Shown here: piece by piece, positions 19,314 through 29,460 of the stretch
How the letters are laid out: every line of letters begins with the position of its first letter
Position numbering within the stretch: position 1 is the stretch's first letter
From: an uncultured Aminicenantes bacterium
GTDB lineage: Bacteria > Acidobacteriota > Aminicenantia > UBA2199
Assembly: GCA_965195285.1 (NCBI GenBank)
Contig: CBDAFS010000043.1
Span: 1-64,000, forward strand
Length of the DNA: 64,000 nt
Reading direction: 5' to 3'
The notes under the pieces: model-generated
Databases searched by the model: none
Told to the model about the DNA's origin: nothing
Seen by the model: the letters and a program-made list of their open reading frames with translations, nothing else
Position numbers and translations under genes: made by a program

Positions 19314-20774
19314 TTAACTGTCAGAAATCCGAATATTTTTCTGCAGATTATCTTTTAGATGGGTATACCAGTTCTGATATTGGAGGTTCAATCGGTTCTT
19401 TTGATAGGCCTTGGAGGCATGAACAAATGAGGTGAAAAACTGATTTTCCTGAAAACGTATTTTCGACATCAGGAAATGACCGAAGGCAGAATCCGGATAA
19501 ATCCGCAGGGCCTTTTGCAGGTGATATTCAGAAATGCGGAAGTCTTTTGCCTCATATTCAATAAAGGCCAGACCCATTATCGATTTGAAATTGAGGGGAT
19601 CCACAGCCAGGCACTTTTGATAATAGATTTTCGAGTTCACATAATCCTTTTGATTCAACAAGAAATCTCCCTTTTTCTGAAAGCCAGCCGCAATATTCTG
19701 AATCATCAACAAGGCTCCCAGCAACAACAACAGGACCAGATTGAATTTGAAACCGCGGACTTGAATCCGTTTTCGATCAGTGTGATTATGGTAGATCTGG
19801 GAAAGTACGATGATCAGGGCCAGGGCTGCTGAAAAAAAATACAAACCAATATCCAGTAAATTGTAAAACAGCAGAATGAAAAATGCAGACCCATAGAGAA
19901 TCCGGTTTTTTGAATCGGGTGGTTTAAACCGCTTTCGTTCAAAGAATAAAATAGCCAGTATTAAAACTGAAAAAATCAATCCGGTCTCCGACACAAATTG
20001 CAGCAAAAAATTATGTGAATAAATAGAACTCGACTCTCCGGTCCTGACATGGTATGAAATTTCGGCCTCGTAATTGCCCAGCCCGATTCCCATCAACGGA
20101 CTGGTTTTGATAACCCTCATGGACTGGTTCCAGTTGGATACCCTTAATTTTATCGGTTCCAGGCGTTTAAACTCTGAAAACCTCAATCCAGCCACAATGA
20201 AAAACAAAAGTGAGATCACCATCACTATGGGGGCCAGAAGTTTCAATTTCAAGATCCCGGACATGAACAAATAAAACAAAATTCCAACTGAAAGGTACAA
20301 GAGCCCCCCGAAAGATTGGGTTAAAATCAAATTTACCAGACCCAGAAGCATCAGTGACCCCCAGAAATATTTTTTTTTGGAAGAGATCAGGTAATGCAGT
20401 ATGAATATGATAAAAATCCCACATATGATGGCATACAGGGCCGGAAGGGGAAAAATCGAAAAAACTCTTCCGCTTTCAACCCTGGCAATCATGGCCCGTG
20501 AATAAAAGTTGTCCTCCGGATTTAAAGTTCTTATATAATGGGGAAAAAGAATAAATTTTTGAATGATTCCATAAAAAAAAATAATTAGAGAAGCTCCCCC
20601 AACCGAAAATTTAATAATCTTGTTCAGATCGAAACGTCTTAAAAAGAAAAAAAGTGAAATGAAAAATAAAAAATAGACCAATCGCCAGAAAAAAAAAACA
20701 TAGACCGAACTAACTAAGAAATTGATTAGCAAGAAAAAAGCAGCTGGTATAAAATACCAGCTGCTTTTTATCAT
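19314..20774 (-). CDS. O-antigen ligase/O-oligosaccharyltransferase (Wzy_C) with C-terminal TPR
   Basis: LRVSNW, GIGLGNY, SHNFLLQFVSETG, TPR-like tail. Confidence 0.85.
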   Translation of the reverse strand: MIKSSWYFIPAAFFLLINFLVSSVYVFFFWRLVYFLFFISLFFFLRRFDLNKIIKFSVGGASLIIFFYGIIQKFILFPHYIRTLNPEDNFYSRAMIARVESGRVFSIFPLPALYAIICGIFIIFILHYLISSKKKYFWGSLMLLGLVNLILTQSFGGLLYLSVGILFYLFMSGILKLKLLAPIVMVISLLFFIVAGLRFSEFKRLEPIKLRVSNWNQSMRVIKTSPLMGIGLGNYEAEISYHVRTGESSSIYSHNFLLQFVSETGLIFSVLILAILFFERKRFKPPDSKNRILYGSAFFILLFYNLLDIGLYFFSAALALIIVLSQIYHNHTDRKRIQVRGFKFNLVLLLLLGALLMIQNIAAGFQKKGDFLLNQKDYVNSKIYYQKCLAVDPLNFKSIMGLAFIEYEAKDFRISEYHLQKALRIYPDSAFGHFLMSKIRFQENQFFTSFVHASKAYQKNRLNLQYQNWYTHLKDNLQKNIRISDS

Positions 20775-20794
20775 GCAGAAAAAATGTGTGTGTT

Positions 20795-21265
20795 TTAGAT
20801 CTTGACTCTGGGGCTGTAGGTGAAAATTCCGTTCGAGAAAATGATGTCGTTGTTGAAATCAGAAAGCTGTGTGCAAAGGTAATCTCCGGTTTGGGTCCAA
20901 CCTCCAAAATTAATATCTCTTCCTGTAGAAGCGATGGAATAAATATCACCATCTCCACCGGCTGGGGTACCATGTGCATACATAACAACCCTTCCCCATC
21001 CATCTGCAGAAGGCATTACCTTAATATAGAAGGGGCAGAACCAGGTAGTGTTTGTGGTTGGCAGGGCGCCGCTTTGAGGAGCTATGGAAAGGTCAGCAAT
21101 GTAAGCTTCGATAGCCGTGCCAATGGATTTCATATCACCCATGGTTGCTTTCTGTTTACCTTTTTGAAGCGCAGTCAGCAAATTGGGTATTGCAATGGCG
21201 GCAACGATTCCAATAATTGCAACAACGATTAACAATTCGATCAGTGTAAAACCTTTTTTATTCAT
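20795..21265 (-). CDS. Type IV pilin/pseudopilin (prepilin N-terminal motif, GspG-like DGWG)
   Basis: MNKKG|FTLIELLIVVAIIGIVAAIAIP; SD AGGAGG before ATG 21265. Confidence 0.93.
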   Translation of the reverse strand: MNKKGFTLIELLIVVAIIGIVAAIAIPNLLTALQKGKQKATMGDMKSIGTAIEAYIADLSIAPQSGALPTTNTTWFCPFYIKVMPSADGWGRVVMYAHGTPAGGDGDIYSIASTGRDINFGGWTQTGDYLCTQLSDFNNDIIFSNGIFTYSPRVKI

Positions 21266-21298
21266 ACAAACCTCCTTAATGGTTATCGGCAAATATCA

Positions 21299-21314
21299 AG
21301 CATGATTGATGCCA
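21299..21314 (-). promoter_or_regulatory. Sigma54 (-24/-12) promoter of the pilin gene
   Basis: TGGCATCAATCATGCT, GG-N10-GC. Confidence 0.7.
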
Positions 21315-21375
21315 AAACAGGAATGCCCGTCATAACAGCATTTTGGTCTGAATGTCGTTTTATTTTCATAAAAAT

Positions 21376-21392
21376 TGTCATTTATTATGACA
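21376..21392. promoter_or_regulatory. Palindromic enhancer-binding-protein site (PilR-like TGT-N11-ACA)
   Basis: TGTCAT-TTATT-ATGACA perfect inverted repeat about 60 bp upstream of the sigma54 site. Confidence 0.55.
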
Positions 21393-21460
21393 TTTTTTGT
21401 CAACAGGGTCATTAAAAAGATATCCTTTCAAATTTTTACTTTTTTTGATATGATTGGCGG

Positions 21461-22477
21461 ATGAAATCATTGCAAGATCTTAAATACTGGGAAAAAGGTC
21501 AAGTTTTTCTGGGCGTCAGGTTTCCGATCCTGTCCGGCGCCATGACCTGGATCAGCTCCTCCAACCTGGTCAAGGCCGTCAGTGATGCCGGAGGTTTCGG
21601 CGTTCTGGCTGCTGGCAATATGCCTATTGATTTACTGGCTAAAGAAATTGAATTGCTCCAAAGGGGAGGAATCCATTTTGGAGTCAATTTAATTACCCTT
21701 GCCCCCAACTATCTGGACCATCTCCACAAATCCATTGAAATGAAAGTCCCCTATATCGTATTTGCCGGTAGTTTCCCCCGCAAAAATGAAATCCGCATGG
21801 CCAAGGAGGAAGGTGCCAGAGTCATGTGTTTTGCCAGCACCCAATCAATCGCACAGCGAATGATTGAATATGGCGCCGATGCCTTGATTCTGGAAGGAAA
21901 CGAGGCCGGGGGACACATCGGACATGTCTCCACCATTATCTTAATTCAACAGGTATTGTTTAATTTTCCGGATATCCCCATCTTTGTTGCCGGTGGTATA
22001 GCCACCGGCAAAATGATTGCCCACCTTTTTTTGATGGGTGCAAGCGGAATCCAGATGGGTACCATTTTCGCCATGTCCGAGGAAAGTCCCGCCCACAATG
22101 CCTTCAAAGAACGGTATAAAAAGGCCAGGGCCCGGGAGGCTTTTGCCACTCCCCAGTATGATTCGGCATTGCCAATCGTTGCCGTGAGGGCCATTAAAAA
22201 CAAGGGAACCAATGATTTTGGAAAACTTCAGCTGGACCTGTTGAACAAAATCAAAAACAAGGAAATATCCCGGATCGAGGCCCAGTTTGAAGCGGAAAAA
22301 TTCTGGGCCGATGCGCTGAGGAAAGCAGTTCAGGATGGAGATGTTCAATATGGCTCGCTAATGGCCGGGCAGAGTGTGGGACTTGTTGATAATATCAAAT
22401 CCATTGAAAATATTTTCAATGATCTGCTGTCAGAAGCCAACCGGGAATTTGAAAATATTCAAAAACTATTATCTTAA
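21461..22477 (+). CDS. FabK-like enoyl-ACP reductase II / nitronate monooxygenase family
   Basis: GAMTWIS, AVSDAGGFG, EGNEAGGHIG, AGGIATG, QMGT, MAGQSVG. Confidence 0.88.
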   Translation: MKSLQDLKYWEKGQVFLGVRFPILSGAMTWISSSNLVKAVSDAGGFGVLAAGNMPIDLLAKEIELLQRGGIHFGVNLITLAPNYLDHLHKSIEMKVPYIVFAGSFPRKNEIRMAKEEGARVMCFASTQSIAQRMIEYGADALILEGNEAGGHIGHVSTIILIQQVLFNFPDIPIFVAGGIATGKMIAHLFLMGASGIQMGTIFAMSEESPAHNAFKERYKKARAREAFATPQYDSALPIVAVRAIKNKGTNDFGKLQLDLLNKIKNKEISRIEAQFEAEKFWADALRKAVQDGDVQYGSLMAGQSVGLVDNIKSIENIFNDLLSEANREFENIQKLLS

Positions 22478-22480
22478 AAA

Positions 22481-23770
22481 TTATATTTCAAAAAGATTAT
22501 CTGATTTCCACTTGGCCTCGGTTAAAATATAGGGTGAGCCGATATTGAACGTATTATAAAAGAATTTTATTTCTCTGGAAACCTTTAACAGATTTACGAA
22601 ATATGAAACAAACGAGGTCTTGAAGTAGAAATGGACCGGTTCCTCAATGTTTCCTTCTTTGAAATTGAAACCGTAAGCAGAAAACACATATTGATTCTTC
22701 TCGGTATATTTTAACTTTAACAGGGAAACCAAAATACCCTGGCCGACTTCCTGTATCAGTTTATTTAAAGATACGACCGATGGCTTTATATAAAGATTGG
22801 AAAATCTTACCCGGGGAAACAGTGAGATTTCGCTGCGGAATCCATTTCCGGAGGATCCGGTATGTTTTTGAAAAGCAATTTCCAGATTGGAAATCGCTTT
22901 ATAAAAAATCCCCTTTTCGACCAGGTTTTTTTCACCGCTCTGGACACCTTCGTCATCAAAGGGAACTGAACCAGATTGTTCATTCATGAAGGGATTGTCA
23001 GCGATATTCAAAGCGGAAGACAGCCGCAGGTTTTGCAAACCTTCCTGCCTGTCCAATTTGAAATGATCGGAAAATTCATTCAAAATAAAAACCGAAGCTT
23101 CGGGTGAAAATATGAAATGATTCACTTTTTTATTGACCCGGGTATTATCGGTCAGAGAGTTCAATAAATTAAAGGCTCTGGGAACCAACTTATAGGGATC
23201 AATATTCCGGAAATAGGTGGTGTTGCGATTGATCTCTATGATATTGTCTTTCATTGAAAATTTTAACTTCAGATTGAAATTTGATTTTTTATACTTGACA
23301 TTCAGCTGCCGGGTATTGCCGATATAAACCTTTTTGAGGTTCTGGGAAAAATAAATTTTTTTCAAAATTAAGCCGGGAAAGGTTACCAGGATCTCGTTGA
23401 TGGTTTCAACCAAATCTGAAAAACGCTGGCTGTCTTCAAGATTTATAGAATCATCAAAAATAGCCAGCTGAATCCGTTCAACCGAATCGGGAAGCAAATG
23501 AGAATAGTTATGCTTCCGATCCGGCACACTCAGGGAACAGATATCTAAAAAAGCACTCCTGATCGATTCCATCCCGGGATTGGAAAGGGAAAAGCCAACA
23601 GGATCTCCATATTCCCAGAAAGCCCTGACCATTAGTCGGTCTTTTTTAACCGAATGATCCGCATGGTAATCAAAAAATTGTTCATACTCATTCTTTTCCA
23701 CTTTCTCACGGTAGGCCTCGACCTCTGAAAAACCCGATTTTTTACCCTGCTTCAGAACCGCATCAATCAT
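22481..23770 (-). CDS. PmbA/TldE-like protein
   Basis: PFDDEGV, SSGNGFR, SNLYIKP, GSPYI; overlaps the tldD-like gene. Confidence 0.75.
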   Translation of the reverse strand: MIDAVLKQGKKSGFSEVEAYREKVEKNEYEQFFDYHADHSVKKDRLMVRAFWEYGDPVGFSLSNPGMESIRSAFLDICSLSVPDRKHNYSHLLPDSVERIQLAIFDDSINLEDSQRFSDLVETINEILVTFPGLILKKIYFSQNLKKVYIGNTRQLNVKYKKSNFNLKLKFSMKDNIIEINRNTTYFRNIDPYKLVPRAFNLLNSLTDNTRVNKKVNHFIFSPEASVFILNEFSDHFKLDRQEGLQNLRLSSALNIADNPFMNEQSGSVPFDDEGVQSGEKNLVEKGIFYKAISNLEIAFQKHTGSSGNGFRSEISLFPRVRFSNLYIKPSVVSLNKLIQEVGQGILVSLLKLKYTEKNQYVFSAYGFNFKEGNIEEPVHFYFKTSFVSYFVNLLKVSREIKFFYNTFNIGSPYILTEAKWKSDNLFEI

Positions 23771-25040
23771 GGTAACCCCTGGTAACATAGAGATTATTGA
23801 TTTTCACGGTTGGCTGTCCGACTCTTACATTCACTGTCTGTCCATTCTTGTGGCAATAACTGATACCCTTATCATAACAAAAATCATTGGCAATCATATC
23901 CACAGAATTCAGTGCTTCAATGATATTTCCCCTGACCAAGGTATTGCCCAAAGGTGCCGTGATTTTTCCCTTTTCAATGAGATAGGCCGATTTGATATTA
24001 AAATAAAACAGGTTCTTATTGAAAAATATTTTTCCACCTCCCAGCTCTTTGGCGAATATCCCGTAATTGACCGAATGGATAAGCTCATCGACATGATAAG
24101 GCCCGGGCTGCAGATAAAGGGCATACATACGGGGCATGGGAATTTTACTGAAATCCTGAACCCGGCAGTGGCCACAGCACCCATTCCTTAATAATTTCTG
24201 ATAAAAGAAATCTGAAATAAAATTGCGAAGGATACCCCTTTCAACCAGAATAAAAGTATCGGCGGTCTCTCCTTCATCGTCACACACCCGGTTTCTGAAA
24301 AAGGGATCATTCCGATCATGAGTATGCAGATTTACGTTTTTTGAGACAATTCTCCTTCCAATATCATGTGGGGTAATCGAAGACATTTTTTGATAGATAT
24401 GATCGGCTTCAAGGGAATGTCCTAAAATCTCATGAAAGAGTATTCCCCCATCCCCGGAATTCAATACCACCACAACCTTTCCGTTTGGAGTCAACTTTTT
24501 CGATTTCTTATGATTGTCCAAGATTTCCCTGATTCTCGATTCCAGGCCACTCAAATTGAATTTCATGCTGATGGTATTTCCCTCACCCACTTCAATGAAT
24601 TTACTTAGACTATCCATTTTAATTTTGATCATAATGCTATAATGACTGAATTTCGGATTCAAAATTTCATTTCGATTATTGATGATTACCCGGTCAATCC
24701 GGTGGGACCTGAAATCCACCTGCCATTGCGACACGTTTATGGAGTTAAGAAAATTCAGAATATACTGGTTCTCATCAAGAATTTTTCCCGGATCAAATCC
24801 GGAGACATTCGGTTGCTTTTTGGCGAATTTGGGAAACACATTCTTGTTGATATGCTTTTGGGCACCCTTCTGGGAATCCAGTTCAATGGCACTGCTGGTC
24901 CAACTCCCATCATATTGTCTTCTCAGTATACCGTTCTGGTTGCGAAGGGAATACCGCTTCCGGCCCTGGGAATCAATCGTGAAGATATTTATTCTATTGG
25001 CTTCTATTAGATTGACGGAAAAGTCATCCATGAATTTCAT
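23763..25040 (-). CDS. tldD: TldD-like metalloprotease
   Basis: FHEILGHSLEAD, DDEG, PMPRM, YCHKNGQTVNVRVGQPT. Confidence 0.82.
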   Translation of the reverse strand: MKFMDDFSVNLIEANRINIFTIDSQGRKRYSLRNQNGILRRQYDGSWTSSAIELDSQKGAQKHINKNVFPKFAKKQPNVSGFDPGKILDENQYILNFLNSINVSQWQVDFRSHRIDRVIINNRNEILNPKFSHYSIMIKIKMDSLSKFIEVGEGNTISMKFNLSGLESRIREILDNHKKSKKLTPNGKVVVVLNSGDGGILFHEILGHSLEADHIYQKMSSITPHDIGRRIVSKNVNLHTHDRNDPFFRNRVCDDEGETADTFILVERGILRNFISDFFYQKLLRNGCCGHCRVQDFSKIPMPRMYALYLQPGPYHVDELIHSVNYGIFAKELGGGKIFFNKNLFYFNIKSAYLIEKGKITAPLGNTLVRGNIIEALNSVDMIANDFCYDKGISYCHKNGQTVNVRVGQPTVKINNLYVTRGYHD

Positions 25041-25063
25041 ACACCCCGATTAAAATAATTTTT

Positions 25064-27094
25064 TTATAATACATAACCGCCCAACTTTGCCTGCTGCTGA
25101 CACAGGTAATCAGATAATTTTTTGATTCCCGGCTGATCGGGATTTACCTTGAGCGATTCCCTGAAACAGATAAAAGCCTCATTCATGCGCTTCATTCTTC
25201 TTAAATAAAAAAAACCAATCCTGTTTCTAATCTGGAAATCACCCGGATATTGACGGAATACTTTTTCAACCCATTTCTGCGGATAAGCGGAATTTCCCAA
25301 CCGATAGTACAACTCATTCTTCAACAGATCGGTATCCATACCCGGCCGCTTCTGCTGGTTCAATAAATCAATCGCCCCTGAATAGTTTTTATGTTTCACA
25401 TAAAAATCAATTTTTTGATTCACTGACAGCTTATTAAAAACCTTTTGTTTCCTGAAAGTATTCATCTCATGAGGAGGCGGGAATCTTTTTTTAATGAGCC
25501 GTTCCAGATCCTTGGCTTTCTCCCATTTTTCATACCCGATCAACATATCATACAGGATACGGTAGATCTCCCGCCGCTGACCGTAGCGCTCAAGATTATC
25601 CAGTAACACTTTTTCAGCTAAATCAATTTTGCCCTGCGACATGTACATAAATGCCTGCAATTTGATGACCTGAAATTGATGGTAGGACTGAAGCTTGAAT
25701 TGGATTCGGTTCAACCAAGCCAGTGCCTTTGGGTAATCGCTCCGGTAATAGGCCTGTCTGGCAATACCGATAGAGATTTCAATGGCGGTTGTTTTTCCCA
25801 GGGGATTTTTGAGAGCCTGGCTATAATAATGCAGAGAGGTAAAATCATCACTCTCCTCAGAACAAACATTGGCCATTTTAAGCAGGACAAAACTGTTTGA
25901 CGGGTGGGATTCCAGGGCATCCTCCCAGAAATCCCGCTCACTTCGATACCGGTGCATACTGGAAATGAGTGTCGAACCAAACAGAATAATCAATGCGATC
26001 ACAATGATGTTTTGAAATTTAATCTTCAATCGACAGATATATCCGCTTGCCAGCCAGATAATGCCCAGGGATGCGACCATCATATACCTGGAGGATATAC
26101 GAAATGGCCACAATGTGGTGAAGGCCAGTATCACATAGGGGATAAGAAAAACAACCGTCAGGGCAATGGCGAAGAGATTTGAGGGTTTTTTTCTGGATAT
26201 ATATATCCCCAGCAGAATAATAATGAAAAACAGGATTCCCAGAACAGTATAAATGGGTGTAGATATTTTGTTCACAAAACTGAAATTATCAAAGAAAAAC
26301 GGGAAGATCAGGATTCTAATATAATAGCCAAAAACAGACAGGGTGGTTTTAACATACCCCAAGACATGAGTCGCCACCACAAAATGCAGGTTGTCTATAC
26401 CCAGAATGACATTCTTTATCCAGAAAAAAAACAAAGTAATTAGGGCAGTGGATATGTGGTAGGGCAAGGAAAACCGTTTTTCCCTGACCAGTTGGTATAT
26501 TACCAGCAGGGGCCAGAAAAAAACAAAGGTCTCTTTTGAAAAGATGCCCAGGGCAAAAAAAAGAACCGATCCGGCCAGATAAATCACCCTCTTTTTTTTT
26601 ATGAACATTTGAAAGAGAAGCAGGGTTAACGCTCCCCAGAGCATCAGAAAAAGATCACATCGCCCCACCACCCAAACAATATTTTCCGTGTTCAGCGGAG
26701 ACAGTGAAAATAATACAATAGCCACAAGAGGAAACCGTTCATCTTCACCCTGCAGTTTTAAAAACCAGAATAAAAAAACAATGGTCAGAATAAAAATCAA
26801 TAAATTGGTCAGGCGCAGAGATGTATTTTTCAGGCCCCATAATTTCTTCTCCAGCATGAAAGAAAGGTTGACCACCGGGCGGTAATAGAAACTCTGATCC
26901 TGCATACCCAACTGGCCATAAATGTAACCATATTTGAAAGCGGACAAGGGAGACACATCATTTTTTAAGAGAAAACTTTCCTGTATGAATGTTTGGGTAT
27001 CCCAGATCAGGTCATATTTCAGGGTGTGCTGGTAAATGATCACCACAACCGTAACCAGAACCAGGATAAAAAACATTTCTCTCTTTTTCTCCAT
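25064..27094 (-). CDS. TMTC-like GT-C glycosyltransferase with C-terminal TPR repeats
   Basis: LIWD, YYRPV, ENIVWVVGRCDL, FSKE, SRYM, FWEDAL, TPR tail. Confidence 0.8.
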   Translation of the reverse strand: MEKKREMFFILVLVTVVVIIYQHTLKYDLIWDTQTFIQESFLLKNDVSPLSAFKYGYIYGQLGMQDQSFYYRPVVNLSFMLEKKLWGLKNTSLRLTNLLIFILTIVFLFWFLKLQGEDERFPLVAIVLFSLSPLNTENIVWVVGRCDLFLMLWGALTLLLFQMFIKKKRVIYLAGSVLFFALGIFSKETFVFFWPLLVIYQLVREKRFSLPYHISTALITLFFFWIKNVILGIDNLHFVVATHVLGYVKTTLSVFGYYIRILIFPFFFDNFSFVNKISTPIYTVLGILFFIIILLGIYISRKKPSNLFAIALTVVFLIPYVILAFTTLWPFRISSRYMMVASLGIIWLASGYICRLKIKFQNIIVIALIILFGSTLISSMHRYRSERDFWEDALESHPSNSFVLLKMANVCSEESDDFTSLHYYSQALKNPLGKTTAIEISIGIARQAYYRSDYPKALAWLNRIQFKLQSYHQFQVIKLQAFMYMSQGKIDLAEKVLLDNLERYGQRREIYRILYDMLIGYEKWEKAKDLERLIKKRFPPPHEMNTFRKQKVFNKLSVNQKIDFYVKHKNYSGAIDLLNQQKRPGMDTDLLKNELYYRLGNSAYPQKWVEKVFRQYPGDFQIRNRIGFFYLRRMKRMNEAFICFRESLKVNPDQPGIKKLSDYLCQQQAKLGGYVL

Positions 27095-27175
27095 AAAAAT
27101 ATTCTACTAAAAAAGTATCAGGGATTCAATTATAAAACTGGTATGATGTATTCGGGAAGCGTCAGTTGATTAAAA

Positions 27176-27204
27176 TTGACAAAAGTACCGATCTATTATA
27201 TGAT
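27176..27204 (+). promoter_or_regulatory. Sigma70 promoter of the rpsA operon
   Basis: TTGACA-N17-TATGAT. Confidence 0.7.
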
Positions 27205-27271
27205 ATCCTCTAATTCTCCCAGAGCAAGCGGAAAAGTGAAAACTTTTTTTGAAAATTTTAAGGAGTAAAAA

Positions 27272-28984
27272 ATGGAAAAACCAAAAGAAAATTCACATCT
27301 AAAAAATGAAGAAGACTTCTCCAAATTGATAAAGGAATATGATCTGAAATCCATCAGTTATGACAGCCCCGTAAAAGGCACAATAATTGATATCATGGAT
27401 AATGATATTATTGTAGATATCGGACAGAAAACCGAGGGAATCTTGAAAAAAGAAGAACTTTTCGATTGGGACAGTAGTTTCAATTATAAAATCGGCGACA
27501 CTGTAACCGTGATGTGCCAGAAAGTGAATCGGAAACAGGGGTACATTACCGTATCCAAAAGGGAACTGGATATTTCTGAAGGCTGGGAAAAGGTAATCAA
27601 TTCTTACGAAAACAACATCTCGGTACTGGGCAAAATCATCAGGGTGGTCCATGACAACAAGGGCTTCATCGTTGATTTGGGTGTGCAAATGTTCCTTCCC
27701 ATGAGTCAGGCCGATATAAAAAATATAAAGAATCCTCAACATTTACTCGGAAAAGAATTCTGGTTTAAAATCACCAAACTTAACTCAAAGGACAAAACCG
27801 GGGTCATTTCCAGGAAAGTCATCCTGGAAGAGGAAAAAAGGGAGAAAATAAAACAACTTTTCAATTCACTCCAGGTTGGCGATATTATCAAAGGGGTGGT
27901 TTCGAGCATTACCGATTACGGTGCTTTTGTTAATATCGGGGGAATTGACGGCCTGATTCACCGGGATAACATTTCCTACGGCCGAATCAACCACCCCCGG
28001 GAAAAGTTAAGAAACGGCGATGAAGTGGAAGTGAAAATACTGGATATTGACAAGGAGCGTCAGAAAATCTCTCTGGGAATAAAACAAAAATATCCGGATC
28101 CCTGGATCGACATCGATAAGAAATACCCTTCCGGAAAGAAAGTCATTGCCAAAGTCACCAAAATTGTTGATTTCGGCGCCTTTATCGAATTGGAAGAAGG
28201 GGTCGAAGGCCTGCTTCACATATCGGATTTAACCTGGGAAGGTAAACCCAGTTCGGTTGAAGAATATGTGGCTGTTGGAGATAAATTGTGGGTGCAGATT
28301 GTTGATCTCAATAAAGAAGAAAAGAGAATCAAGATGGGATTGAAACAACTGGAAATGAGACCCGAAGAGAAATACCTTGAAAAACACTCCTCCGGCGAGA
28401 TTGTCAAGGGCATGGTAAAGAAAATACTGAAATCCAGGGTTTTTATCAGTTTGGATAAAAATGTCGAAGGGATGGTAAGAATCTCAGATATCAGTTACTT
28501 CAGGATCGATTCTCCCAAGGAATTTTTAACCGAAGGCGAAGAAGTTGAAACCATGATTTTAAGTGATGAACTGGACTCGAATTACAAGGTAAAGCTGGGA
28601 TTGAAGCATTTATCCGATGGTGAATGGAGAGATTTTTTCAACCTGTATAAACCAGGCAGTATTATTTCCATCAAAATAAAAAAGATCATTGAGCAGGGAA
28701 TCCATGTCGAAATATCAAAAAATATCGAAGGTTTTGTGAAAATCGGAGAAGTTAGCGAACAACGAATTTCAATCAAAGACATGAATCAGCAATTTAAAAT
28801 CGGGGAAACCAGGGAAGCCCTGATGGTCACCTCCATACCGGATAAGAAGAGAATCCATCTCAGTTTCAAAGCAGTTCACAAGAAAAAAGAAAGGGAAGAT
28901 ATCGAAAAATACCTGAAATCAAAGGATGAACCAGTCACAACCATTGGTGACTTGCTCCAGAATGAGATAGATAAAAAGAAATGA
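27272..28984 (+). CDS. rpsA: 30S ribosomal protein S1
   Basis: Six S1 domains (YGAFVNIGGIDGLIH, FGAFIELEEGVEGLLHISDL), C-terminal TTIGDLL. Confidence 0.95.
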   Translation: MEKPKENSHLKNEEDFSKLIKEYDLKSISYDSPVKGTIIDIMDNDIIVDIGQKTEGILKKEELFDWDSSFNYKIGDTVTVMCQKVNRKQGYITVSKRELDISEGWEKVINSYENNISVLGKIIRVVHDNKGFIVDLGVQMFLPMSQADIKNIKNPQHLLGKEFWFKITKLNSKDKTGVISRKVILEEEKREKIKQLFNSLQVGDIIKGVVSSITDYGAFVNIGGIDGLIHRDNISYGRINHPREKLRNGDEVEVKILDIDKERQKISLGIKQKYPDPWIDIDKKYPSGKKVIAKVTKIVDFGAFIELEEGVEGLLHISDLTWEGKPSSVEEYVAVGDKLWVQIVDLNKEEKRIKMGLKQLEMRPEEKYLEKHSSGEIVKGMVKKILKSRVFISLDKNVEGMVRISDISYFRIDSPKEFLTEGEEVETMILSDELDSNYKVKLGLKHLSDGEWRDFFNLYKPGSIISIKIKKIIEQGIHVEISKNIEGFVKIGEVSEQRISIKDMNQQFKIGETREALMVTSIPDKKRIHLSFKAVHKKKEREDIEKYLKSKDEPVTTIGDLLQNEIDKKK

Positions 28985-29460
28985 AATTTTTATCAGCTCC
29001 ATGGAGATGGGAATTTATTACAAAAATCGGTAAACAGAAAGGCTGCATATTCTGTAATATTCAAAAAAATGGCCGGGATAATACATTAATTTGTTACCGG
29101 GGAAAGCAATATTTTGTCATCTTGAACAAATATCCGTACAGCACTGGCCATCTGATGATTGTTCCCTACCAGCACCACTCCTCGCCGGATAGAATTTCTC
29201 CCGCAGATTCGATGGAGATGTGGGAATTAATGAACAAATCCATTGAAATTCTCAGGCATCATTTGCACCCGGATGGATTTAATATCGGCATGAACATCGG
29301 CCAATCGGCCGGGGCCGGAATTAAGGATCATTTTCACCTGCACGTGGTTCCCCGTTGGACCGGGGATGCTAATTTTATGTCTGTTCTGGGAGAAACCAAG
29401 GTCATGTCTTACCGGATTGATGACATATTTTCCATTTTAAAAAGAGACTTCTCAACATGA
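28981..29460 (+). CDS. HIT family hydrolase (Ap4A phosphorylase/FHIT-like)
   Basis: APWR, CIFC, LNKYPY..GHLM, HFHLHVVPRW. Confidence 0.92.
   Translation: MKFLSAPWRWEFITKIGKQKGCIFCNIQKNGRDNTLICYRGKQYFVILNKYPYSTGHLMIVPYQHHSSPDRISPADSMEMWELMNKSIEILRHHLHPDGFNIGMNIGQSAGAGIKDHFHLHVVPRWTGDANFMSVLGETKVMSYRIDDIFSILKRDFST

Noticed and set aside
20786-21232. 148-aa plus-strand ORF
   Set aside because: Antisense to the clear pilin gene
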